A stretch of DNA of 50,703 bases. It comes from a candidate division WWE3 bacterium (GTDB lineage: Bacteria > Patescibacteriota > WWE3 > UBA101185 > UBA10185). Positions 18,811 through 26,014 of this stretch are shown here, piece after piece. The notes beneath the pieces were generated by a model. That model was not told where the DNA came from, ran no database searches, and was given only the letters and a program-made list of their open reading frames with translations. How positions within the stretch are numbered: position 1 is the stretch's first letter; every line of letters starts with the position of its first letter. Both the position numbers and the translations under genes were made by a program. The stretch lies in the NCBI GenBank assembly GCA_012798115.1, contig JAAZNV010000005.1, positions 1 to 50,703 on the forward strand, in the 5' to 3' direction.

Positions 18811-18846
18811 ATATATAAATCGTATCATTTTGAGACGATTTGTCAA
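18796..18846 (-). promoter_or_regulatory. Fic promoter with putative operator repeats
   Basis: TTGACA-N16-TACGAT; AATCGTATCATT twice plus an inverted copy TGAGACGATTT. Confidence 0.65.
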
Positions 18847-18865
18847 TCCCTACATATGTGGGAGG

Positions 18866-19065
18866 CAATTATATTTTTATGACCTGGGCATAAGAAACAC
18901 TATTGTAGATGACTTCAGTGAGTTGGAGCTTAGAACTGATCTCGGATGTGTTTGGAGAATTTTTTAATTGTTGAGAGATTAAAGTATAGGGAAAATTCCG
19001 ACATCTTTGCTAACCAATACTTTTGGAGGACCTATGATAAAGGAGAGATTGATTTGGTGGAATAA
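18866..19065 (+). pseudogene. fragment of a COG1373/DUF4143 ATP-binding protein C-terminal domain
   Basis: QLYFYDLGIRNTIVDDFSELELRTDLG /frameshift/ ENFLIVERLK...YFWRTYDKGEIDLVE*. Confidence 0.8.
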
Positions 19066-19093
19066 AAAGAGTTGAAAATTAATTCAACTCTTT
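19066..19093. terminator. bidirectional terminator
   Basis: AAAGAGTTGAA-N6-TTCAACTCTTT. Confidence 0.7.
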
Positions 19094-19111
19094 ATTAAAA
19101 AGTAGTAATAA

Positions 19112-19393
19112 CTAAAGATCATGTTCTTCCTTTGGTACGTGTAGATTTTCGTCCAAAAACTTAATGAGATTCTGAAGAACTACAGTAAAAAAGATTTCCA
19201 GTTTGTAGAAGTAAAAATCAGTGTGCTCGCTATTCTTCTCAATGTAAGGTCCTTGTATAGGAATCTCTTTTAATATTTTTCTTATTTCTTGTTGAACATC
19301 TCCCGAGATTCTATCAGTGACTCTTAGAATCATCATGTCTTTTGTTGGCAGGGACTCAAGACGAGCCTTGGTAGGCCATATATACAGTATCAT
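19112..19393 (-). CDS. hypothetical protein (93 aa)
   Basis: ATG 19393 with SD AAGGAG; the longer ORF-track start falls inside the promoter. Confidence 0.7.
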   Translation of the reverse strand: MILYIWPTKARLESLPTKDMMILRVTDRISGDVQQEIRKILKEIPIQGPYIEKNSEHTDFYFYKLEIFFTVVLQNLIKFLDENLHVPKEEHDL

Positions 19394-19421
19394 TTCTATC
19401 TCCTTAACTTTGTTTGTTGGA

Positions 19422-19460
19422 ATTATATAGAAACAACAAACTTGTGTCAACTACTACAGG
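19422..19460 (-). promoter_or_regulatory. consensus sigma70 promoter abutting motif 1
   Basis: minus strand CCTGTAGT-AG-TTGACA-N17-TATAAT, 4 nt after the tRNA-Asn CCA. Confidence 0.8.
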
Positions 19461-19464
19461 ATGT

Positions 19465-19539
19465 TGGCTCCCCCGAGTGGATTCGAACCACTAACCTTGT
19501 CCTTAACAGGGACCTGCTCTACCGTTGAGCTACAGGGGA
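19465..19539 (-). tRNA. tRNA-Asn(GTT)
   Basis: TCCCCTGTAGCTCAACGGTAGAGC...CT-GTT-AA...GGTTCGAATCC...GCCA. Confidence 0.95.
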
Positions 19540-19565
19540 ATACTTAGCGTACAGATACTATCACA

Positions 19566-20429
19566 CTAATTTTTAGGGTTCAATGCTCCTTCTTTTTCCT
19601 TAAACATCTTATCTAAAACAATAAAAGAAAGAAAAGTATTTAGCACAAAAAACCAAGGATAAGCAGAAACATCTAAACTAAATAAGCTAAATAACGTTTC
19701 AACAATAATTGGTAATGTCATTGTGTGTATTCCTATTCTACATGCAGATAAGAAATTAATTTTCTTTTTCTTTAACAAGGATAAAAGATAAACTGCCAAA
19801 CCTATCCATAAAATGTACATAAGTTTGTAACCAAAGAAATCAAACAGAATCTGCCCAACAAACAACACTAAAGGCAGCAAAAAAGGAACATACTTAATGT
19901 ATTTATAAACATTATTTATTCCTTCAATAGCCTTTGACTTATCAATGTCTGCATTAGGCAAATCCTTTACAGGGTAAGCCTTAATACCAGAAGCATTGTC
20001 ATTAGTTAAAATATTACTTTCATTAACCAAAGCAAATGTCTTGAAGCTACTAAAATCATTAATAGTTCCTTGTTTATAAAAAACAACAGCATTATCAACA
20101 TTAGCACTATACTTTTCTTTAATAGATTGAGGCATTGGAATGATATAGGGTTCTGGCTTGTTTATACTCCATTTTCCATCCTTAATGCTTATAACTAGAT
20201 CATCTGGGTAAATATTCTTAACTTCTTCAACCCCAGTCTTTAACCATGCTTTAGTTTCAGGCACCATTTTTATACTAACAAAGGAAGTAAAAATTAAAGA
20301 TACTAAAACAGCTAACATTAAGTAATACTTAAAAGTAAAGGAAAACTTAGTTTCCAAAAGCTCTTTGTAGTACTCTGGTGAAGATATACTCTTCTTAAAG
20401 ACATAAAAAAATGTTTTTAATTTATTCAT
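19566..20429 (-). CDS. DUF1189-like membrane protein
   Basis: KKSISSPEYY N-terminus, TM + soluble domain + 4 TM, HTMTLP. Confidence 0.65.
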   Translation of the reverse strand: MNKLKTFFYVFKKSISSPEYYKELLETKFSFTFKYYLMLAVLVSLIFTSFVSIKMVPETKAWLKTGVEEVKNIYPDDLVISIKDGKWSINKPEPYIIPMPQSIKEKYSANVDNAVVFYKQGTINDFSSFKTFALVNESNILTNDNASGIKAYPVKDLPNADIDKSKAIEGINNVYKYIKYVPFLLPLVLFVGQILFDFFGYKLMYILWIGLAVYLLSLLKKKKINFLSACRIGIHTMTLPIIVETLFSLFSLDVSAYPWFFVLNTFLSFIVLDKMFKEKEGALNPKN

Positions 20430-20492
20430 AGCAATATTCTAGCAAATAAATTAATAAGAAACAGATGTAACCTGGAATGATAAAATAATATT

Positions 20493-20843
20493 ATGAATTA
20501 TCAAATATCATCAGACAATATAGAACTAACTCCAAGCATGGAAGTATTAACAAAGGAGAAATTTGAAAGAATAGAGTCAAGAACTAAAAACCTTCCTAAA
20601 GATTCTTGCTTTGCAAGAATTGTACTAAACTCTGCCCCTGAAAATAGATTTAATGTGAAAGTAAATTTAAGTTTAAGTAGTAAGGAATACTTTTCTGATG
20701 AAGAAGACTACTCCCTTGAAGGAGCTTTGATTAAAGTAGTGGAAGAATTGTTGGAAATGATGGAAAAAGATAGTATAGTCCAAAGAAGAAAAGACCTAAA
20801 GGAAGAAGAAAGAATAGAAAAAGCACTAACAGAAGAGGTATGA
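20493..20843 (+). CDS. hpf: ribosome hibernation factor (HPF/RaiA family)
   Basis: MNYQISSDNIELTPSM...EKF N-terminal pattern, size. Confidence 0.8.
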   Translation: MNYQISSDNIELTPSMEVLTKEKFERIESRTKNLPKDSCFARIVLNSAPENRFNVKVNLSLSSKEYFSDEEDYSLEGALIKVVEELLEMMEKDSIVQRRKDLKEEERIEKALTEEV

Positions 20844-20847
20844 GTTT

Positions 20848-20923
20848 GGGTGATTAGCTCAATTGGCAGAGCAAGCGTCTTATACACGCTCGGTTCCAGG
20901 TTCGAGTCCTGGATCACCCACCA
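20848..20923 (+). tRNA. tRNA-Ile(TAT)
   Basis: GGGTGAT/ATCACCC acceptor, AGCGT-CT TAT AC-ACGCT anticodon arm, discriminator A, CCA. Confidence 0.92.
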
Positions 20924-20951
20924 TAATAAACTATTTTCCTGGTTCATTTAA

Positions 20952-21287
20952 ATGATATTAATACTTAAGGATAAAGCCACGAAAGAACAAATTAAAAATA
21001 TTACTGAAGTGTATCCTGGGTACACAAAGGTGGTTGTTGATATAGAATGTGGTTTGTTGTCGGCAGGGGGTGAATATCATATAGATTGTGAGCAAACATT
21101 GCTTGAAAATGGAAGTATTCAAGAGAATTTATGGGGAGGAGGTTATAGGTTTGAAAACAAAGAAGTTGATTTTATAGGATTAACAAACTACAAAGCAGGT
21201 ATTAAACACTTCTCTTACGAAGTATCAATTCCAGAAATCAGGGAAAGGATGGAAGTAATTATTAGGGGAATCTTTGATAATGAATAA
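20952..21287 (+). CDS. DUF5674-like protein
   Basis: KVVVDIE...GGEYHIDCEQTLLENGSIQENLWGG. Confidence 0.75.
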   Translation: MILILKDKATKEQIKNITEVYPGYTKVVVDIECGLLSAGGEYHIDCEQTLLENGSIQENLWGGGYRFENKEVDFIGLTNYKAGIKHFSYEVSIPEIRERMEVIIRGIFDNE

Positions 21288-21552
21288 GTCTAAGTTGAAT
21301 ATAAGAATGGATCTCATGCGTGTTGCAAAAATAGCATTAGAATTGGATAAGCCTTTTGAAGAAAATATTGCAAACGTTTTTATTAACAAAGCTAGGTCAG
21401 AATTTGAAGAGAACCTGAAAGATGAAAATAAACTTAAAGATGAGCTTATTTCTTACCAGAAGGAGATTCCAATCATAGCTCTTGATACTAAGAAGAGAAA
21501 ACAGTGGGGAGAAAAGATAATGACTATTGCTTCAAGATTAGGAACTTTCTAG
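21280..21552 (+). CDS. small helical hypothetical protein
   Basis: overlaps the upstream stop (ATGAATAA); MDLMRVA...GEKIMTIASRL. Confidence 0.65.
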   Translation: MNKSKLNIRMDLMRVAKIALELDKPFEENIANVFINKARSEFEENLKDENKLKDELISYQKEIPIIALDTKKRKQWGEKIMTIASRLGTF

Positions 21553-21583
21553 CGTTTGCTTATACATGTGCTAAATATACAAA

Positions 21584-21606
21584 AAACGACCTTGCATAGG
21601 TCGTTT
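21584..21606. terminator. bidirectional terminator
   Basis: AAACGACCT-TGCAT-AGGTCGTTT. Confidence 0.7.
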
Positions 21607-21630
21607 CTTGATTTTAATTTTAATTATTAA

Positions 21631-22506
21631 TTACAAGATAGAAAGTTCTGTCTTATCCATCTTTTCTGGTTTTTCAACGTAATCAAGATATTTCTCAGTT
21701 GTTGAAATTCTCTTGTGTCCTGCTACCTTAGCAAGATAAGTAATGTTAACACCATTTCTAATATGATTAGCAACAAAGGTATGTCTTAAATCATTTACCT
21801 TAGCGTTTTCTACACCTGCTAATCTAAAAAATCTGTCAATTGTAGATCTAATGTTTCTAATAAGAAGGGGTCTACCTGATTTTGTAATAAATACGTTAGT
21901 AGATTTATCTGATTTTACTCTAGTGTTATTAATATATTTACTTAATGCCTCAACAGCTGCTTTATTAAGAGGAACTATTCTTTCTTCCCTGTTGTTTTTT
22001 CTAGCAATAAACAATGAACCTGTTTCTCCTTTAATATCTAAATCTTCCAGCTTCATTCCTGCAAGCTCTGAAATAGTAATTCCTGCTTGGAGGAGAACTT
22101 CAATCATTGCGTATGATCTATTATCGTCCTTTGCAGCATCTCTTAATGCTCTATATTCAAGCTTAGTTAAAATTCTTGGAGCTTTTGTTTCAAACTTAGG
22201 GTGCTTTAATTGGTCTGAGATATCTTCTTTTAATATACCTTCTTTGTTTAAATACTTAATAAAAGTTCTAGCAGCATTTGTCTTTCTTGAAATAGACTTT
22301 GGAGTGTAATTTTCATTAGCTAAACTCTTCATAAATGATTCAAGATGTTCTATCTTCATACCTTCAACATCATCTACACCTTCTTTTGCTAAGAAAGTTA
22401 CTATTTGTTCAATATCTTTATTGTAAGCAACAAGAGTTGCTTCTGACTTCCCATCAGCTTTTAATTTTTCTATAAACTTTTTATGAACTGTTTGTAATTT
22501 AGTCAT
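21631..22506 (-). CDS. XerC/XerD-like tyrosine recombinase
   Basis: N-terminal SAM-like domain (SEATLVAY..D), ERIVPL, NDLRHTF, AGHKRISTTEKY; first catalytic Arg position reads GITISEL. Confidence 0.9.
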   Translation of the reverse strand: MTKLQTVHKKFIEKLKADGKSEATLVAYNKDIEQIVTFLAKEGVDDVEGMKIEHLESFMKSLANENYTPKSISRKTNAARTFIKYLNKEGILKEDISDQLKHPKFETKAPRILTKLEYRALRDAAKDDNRSYAMIEVLLQAGITISELAGMKLEDLDIKGETGSLFIARKNNREERIVPLNKAAVEALSKYINNTRVKSDKSTNVFITKSGRPLLIRNIRSTIDRFFRLAGVENAKVNDLRHTFVANHIRNGVNITYLAKVAGHKRISTTEKYLDYVEKPEKMDKTELSIL

Positions 22507-22643
22507 AGTTTCCCTTCAGACAGGAATAATAAATAACCTTTAGTTGTTGCCTATTATAACAAATAGGAGAGCAGAAGTAAATTCTATGGGGTAGAGTATC
22601 AAATGTATTGAAAACTGTCAATATATTGCCTATTATGGGGATA

Positions 22644-23021
22644 ATGTCCAAGGTAACTAAATTTAAGTATATGCTAGGAACACTTATCTTGTTTATTGTA
22701 TCCATAAGTTTGATTAAGTCTTCGTTTCAAGTGTTTAAAAGTAAGAATAGACTGGATGTTATAAAAAGAGAGGTAGCTGAGCTTGAAATGGAAAAAGAGC
22801 AGTTAGAACAAGATATAAAGTACAAGCAAACAGAAGAATATATAGAAGAAAAAGCTAGGAATAACTTAAATCTAGTAAAACCAGGAGAGAAGGTTTATGT
22901 AGTTGTTGGTGAAGATGTAAAAAGCAGCTCGTCAAGTAATGTTCTTTCTGGGTCAGATGAAAGAGAAGAAAAAAATAAAAAGGATGAAAACTGGTACTCA
23001 TGGTACAAATTATTCTTTTAA
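22644..23021 (+). CDS. septum formation initiator (FtsB/DivIC family)
   Basis: TM, coiled coil, YIEEKARNNLNLVKPGE; start uncertain (22608-22671). Confidence 0.85.
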   Translation: MSKVTKFKYMLGTLILFIVSISLIKSSFQVFKSKNRLDVIKREVAELEMEKEQLEQDIKYKQTEEYIEEKARNNLNLVKPGEKVYVVVGEDVKSSSSSNVLSGSDEREEKNKKDENWYSWYKLFF

Positions 23022-23072
23022 ACCTTCTTTTTGACTTTAGCATACTTATTTGTTAGATTTAGTACGAAATAA

Positions 23073-23146
23073 CGCGGGATGGAGGAATGGCACCTCACCG
23101 GGCTCATAATCCGGGGGTCCTGGTTCAAATCCAGGTCCCGCAACCA
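23073..23146 (+). tRNA. initiator tRNA-fMet(CAT)
   Basis: C1:A72 mismatch, CGCGGG start, CCGGG-CTCATAA-TCCGG. Confidence 0.93.
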
Positions 23147-23228
23147 AACGTTCTTATTCTTATCCTTGTGTTGCACATCAACTTTTCTTGTCCTTGTATC
23201 CTGATTTGTTATAATCATCTTGTATTTT

Positions 23229-23303
23229 GCCAACGTAGCTCAGCGGTAGAGCGGGCGTTTCATAAGCGCTAGGTCGGTGGTCCAACTCCACCCGTTGGCA
23301 CCA
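23229..23303 (+). tRNA. tRNA-Met(CAT), probably elongator
   Basis: GCCAACG/CGTTGGC acceptor, GGCGT-TTCATAA-GCGCT, atypical T-loop TCCAACT. Confidence 0.85.
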
Positions 23304-23348
23304 AGTTAAAATGAAGTTTTCAATCATTTGATGTATACTCTTTAAGCT

Positions 23349-25223
23349 ATGGCTCAACAAAAATCTAAAAGCAATAAAAAACAAGAAATAAAGTTTGAAC
23401 TGCCTAAAAAACTACCAAAGAAGGTGATAATTCAAGTAAAAAAGCAAAGTTTCTTTGGTAGTACTCCATTTTTGTTATTGCTGGGGTTATTAATATACTT
23501 AACTAGCTCACTTGGTAGCTCTTCTTTTCAACAAGAGATTCCTATTGGTGATCTAGTAAAGAAAATAAACGAAGAAAAAATTCAAGATGTTGTTGTAAAT
23601 GGGGACAGAGTAGATGTTCTTCAGAAAGATGGAACAAAAGTGTATGCAAAGAAAGAAAGTGGTATTAGCTTTGATCAAATATTAAGTAACAACAACATAG
23701 ATAGATCAAAAATATCTGGAAAATTAGAAGTAGTGCATAAAGTAAATTTCCTTGATGTATTATCTCCTCTTTTAATGTTTGTACTACCAGTTGTTATCCT
23801 TTTCTTCTTTCTTAAACAAATGAAAGGACAAAGTGGAGAGATAATGTCTTTTGGAAAGTCTAGAGCAAAGGTATTTACTAAAGGGCAACAAAAGGTAACT
23901 TTTAAAGATGTTGCAGGATGTGAAGAAGCCAAAAGAGAAATGATGGAGATTGTGGATTTTCTTAAGTATCCTGCAAAGTATAGAAAACTAGGAGCAAGAA
24001 TTCCAAAAGGAGTTCTATTAGTTGGCCCATCTGGAGTTGGAAAAACTCTTCTTGCTAGAGCAATTGCAGGAGAAGCTGGAGTTCCTTTCTTCAGTGTTGC
24101 AGGAAGTGAGTTTATGGAAATGTTAGTTGGGGTTGGGTCTTCAAGAGTAAGAGATCTATTTAATATGGCAAGAGAAAGACAACCGAGCTTAATATTTATT
24201 GATGAAGTAGATGCTATTGGGAGACAAAGAGGAATGGGGATAGGAGGGGGACATGATGAAAGAGAACAAACGTTAAATCAAATATTGATAGAAATGGATG
24301 GCTTTGATGTTAGAACAAATGTTATTGTTCTTGCTGCTACCAACAGACCAGATATGCTTGACCCAGCTCTTATTAGACCTGGAAGGTTTGATAGAACTAT
24401 TACCATTCCATTACCGGATTTGCAAGATAGAGAAGAGATAATAAAAATACATATGAATGGAAAACCTATTGATGAAAAGGTAAGTGTCGAGAAATTAGCA
24501 AGAAAAACAGTTGGATTTAGTGGTGCAGACTTAGAGAACATGCTAAATGAGGCAGCTATTCTTACTGCAAGAGAAAATAGAGATAAGATCATAGAAAAAG
24601 ATCTAGAAGAAGCTTCGTTGAAGGTAACAATTGGATCAGAAAGAAGAACACTTCAAACAGATGAAGAAAAGAAAATGACTGCTTACCATGAGTCAGGGCA
24701 TGCTCTTGTTGCTGCAAGTGTCAAAGAATCAGATCCGGTCCAGAGAGTTTCTATCGTTGCAAGAGGGCAAACACTTGGACACACAGATGTCCCTCCAGAG
24801 AGAGATAGGTATCAACTCACTCAAACAAGGATTACATCTTTAATAACCACTATGTTGGGTGGAAGGGCTGCTGAAGAAATAGTATTTAATGAGTTCACAG
24901 CTGGAGCGTCAAATGATATCAAAAGAGCTACAGAGTTAGCTAGAAAAATGGTTACCGAATATGGTATGAGTTCCTTGGGTCCAATTAATTATGAAGCAAA
25001 AAGTGATTTTTCATGGCTTGCCAAAGAATTTGGAGAATCTTCACAAATTAGTGATGAGATGTCATCTAAAATAGATTCTGAAATAGAAAAGATAATAGGC
25101 TCTTGCTACAAAGAAGCTAAAGTGATTTTAACTGAAAAAAGAAGTACTTTAGACAAGGTTTCTACTAAACTCTTGGAAAAGGAAACACTTGACGGGGACG
25201 AATTCAAGGAGTTAATTAACTAA
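23349..25223 (+). CDS. ftsH: ATP-dependent zinc metalloprotease FtsH
   Basis: 2 TM, GPSGVGKT, FIDEVD, RPGRFDR, HESGH. Confidence 0.98.
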   Translation: MAQQKSKSNKKQEIKFELPKKLPKKVIIQVKKQSFFGSTPFLLLLGLLIYLTSSLGSSSFQQEIPIGDLVKKINEEKIQDVVVNGDRVDVLQKDGTKVYAKKESGISFDQILSNNNIDRSKISGKLEVVHKVNFLDVLSPLLMFVLPVVILFFFLKQMKGQSGEIMSFGKSRAKVFTKGQQKVTFKDVAGCEEAKREMMEIVDFLKYPAKYRKLGARIPKGVLLVGPSGVGKTLLARAIAGEAGVPFFSVAGSEFMEMLVGVGSSRVRDLFNMARERQPSLIFIDEVDAIGRQRGMGIGGGHDEREQTLNQILIEMDGFDVRTNVIVLAATNRPDMLDPALIRPGRFDRTITIPLPDLQDREEIIKIHMNGKPIDEKVSVEKLARKTVGFSGADLENMLNEAAILTARENRDKIIEKDLEEASLKVTIGSERRTLQTDEEKKMTAYHESGHALVAASVKESDPVQRVSIVARGQTLGHTDVPPERDRYQLTQTRITSLITTMLGGRAAEEIVFNEFTAGASNDIKRATELARKMVTEYGMSSLGPINYEAKSDFSWLAKEFGESSQISDEMSSKIDSEIEKIIGSCYKEAKVILTEKRSTLDKVSTKLLEKETLDGDEFKELIN

Positions 25224-25245
25224 AACACTAAGAAGGAGAGAAAAG

Positions 25246-25503
25246 ATGAATACAGGTATAAGTGTGGGATCTTATGTTGGAAAGATTAATCTCAAGCATG
25301 TTCATATTGGCGATAGGTTGATTTTTAATGATGGTAAGGTCATTGCTTTGGTTGAAGTTTTAGCAATAGAACAATTTGGAAATGTGAGATATCAGGTAAT
25401 TGAGTGTTTGGGTGGTGATAAGGATAGCCTTAGTTTTGACACTACTTTAAATTGGACTGATCCTTGTTTCCTTTACTTCTTACCAGGGGACCCTTCTTCT
25501 TAA
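25246..25503 (+). CDS. small hypothetical protein
   Basis: SD AAGGAG; hairpin ACCCTTCTT/AAGAAGGGT overlapping the stop. Confidence 0.6.
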   Translation: MNTGISVGSYVGKINLKHVHIGDRLIFNDGKVIALVEVLAIEQFGNVRYQVIECLGGDKDSLSFDTTLNWTDPCFLYFLPGDPSS

Positions 25504-25530
25504 AGAAGGGTTCTTCTCTTCTCTTCTCCC

Positions 25531-25571
25531 ATATCTTATAGTTTGACATATAAATTAATATTTACTATAAT
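25531..25571 (+). promoter_or_regulatory. consensus sigma70 promoter abutting a motif 1 variant
   Basis: ATATCTTATAGT-TTGACA-N17-TATAAT. Confidence 0.75.
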
Positions 25572-25601
25572 CCTAGTTAATACTTAAAAAGGAGAGTAAT
25601 C

Positions 25602-25937
25602 ATGCATGTAAATGTATTGACTGTTTCTTCCAAGGGTAAAACACGGGTCAGAAAAATTTGGAAGGATGATAAAACAAAAAAGTTCTCATTTGGTAGAATT
25701 TTTACTGACCCAAAAGGTTTGTGCTTGGAAGTCAAAAAACCTTTCCTTCAGCAGTTTTTTTGTTTTTTCAGAAAGATCCTCGGCCTTGGATGTATTCGTA
25801 TTGAAATGAATCGTAAAGCTGTAAAGCCAGGGAAGAAAGTAATTCTGGAGCCAGGCGAAAACCGCTTGGTGTATAAAATCGTCAAATCAGGAAATACTAT
25901 TGTTAAAGAAAGAAATGTTATTAACGTTACGTTTTGA
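25602..25937 (+). CDS. basic hypothetical protein
   Basis: SD AAGGAG, own promoter, terminator AAGACCCT...AGGGTCTT at 25947-25977. Confidence 0.65.
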   Translation: MHVNVLTVSSKGKTRVRKIWKDDKTKKFSFGRIFTDPKGLCLEVKKPFLQQFFCFFRKILGLGCIRIEMNRKAVKPGKKVILEPGENRLVYKIVKSGNTIVKERNVINVTF

Positions 25938-26014
25938 TCTATTTTTAAGACCCTTGGATATATAACCCTAGGGTCTTTCTTTTTATCTTCTTTTCTAAGA
26001 TAATTCTTATCACC

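Noticed and set aside
18847-18862. Motif 1 as an NrdR box (CCCTACATATGTGG resembles acaCwAtATaTwGtg)
   Set aside because: Only this copy fits both halves, there are no tandem boxes, and no ribonucleotide reductase genes are adjacent. Not fully excluded.
11900-19460. Classical integron with attC sites
   Set aside because: I found no RYYYAAC...GTTRRRY-bounded long palindromes. The genes carry their own promoters, and the nearby recombinase is Xer-sized with no evident IntI insertion.
11900-19460. CRISPR array or prophage
   Set aside because: The repeats are degenerate and separated by whole genes; there are no cas, structural or terminase genes.
20708-20947. ORF-track ORF antisense to hpf and tRNA-Ile
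   Set aside because: Shadow ORF across a tRNA gene.
23018-23384. Three short ORFs over the Met tRNAs
   Set aside because: They overlap clear tRNA genes.
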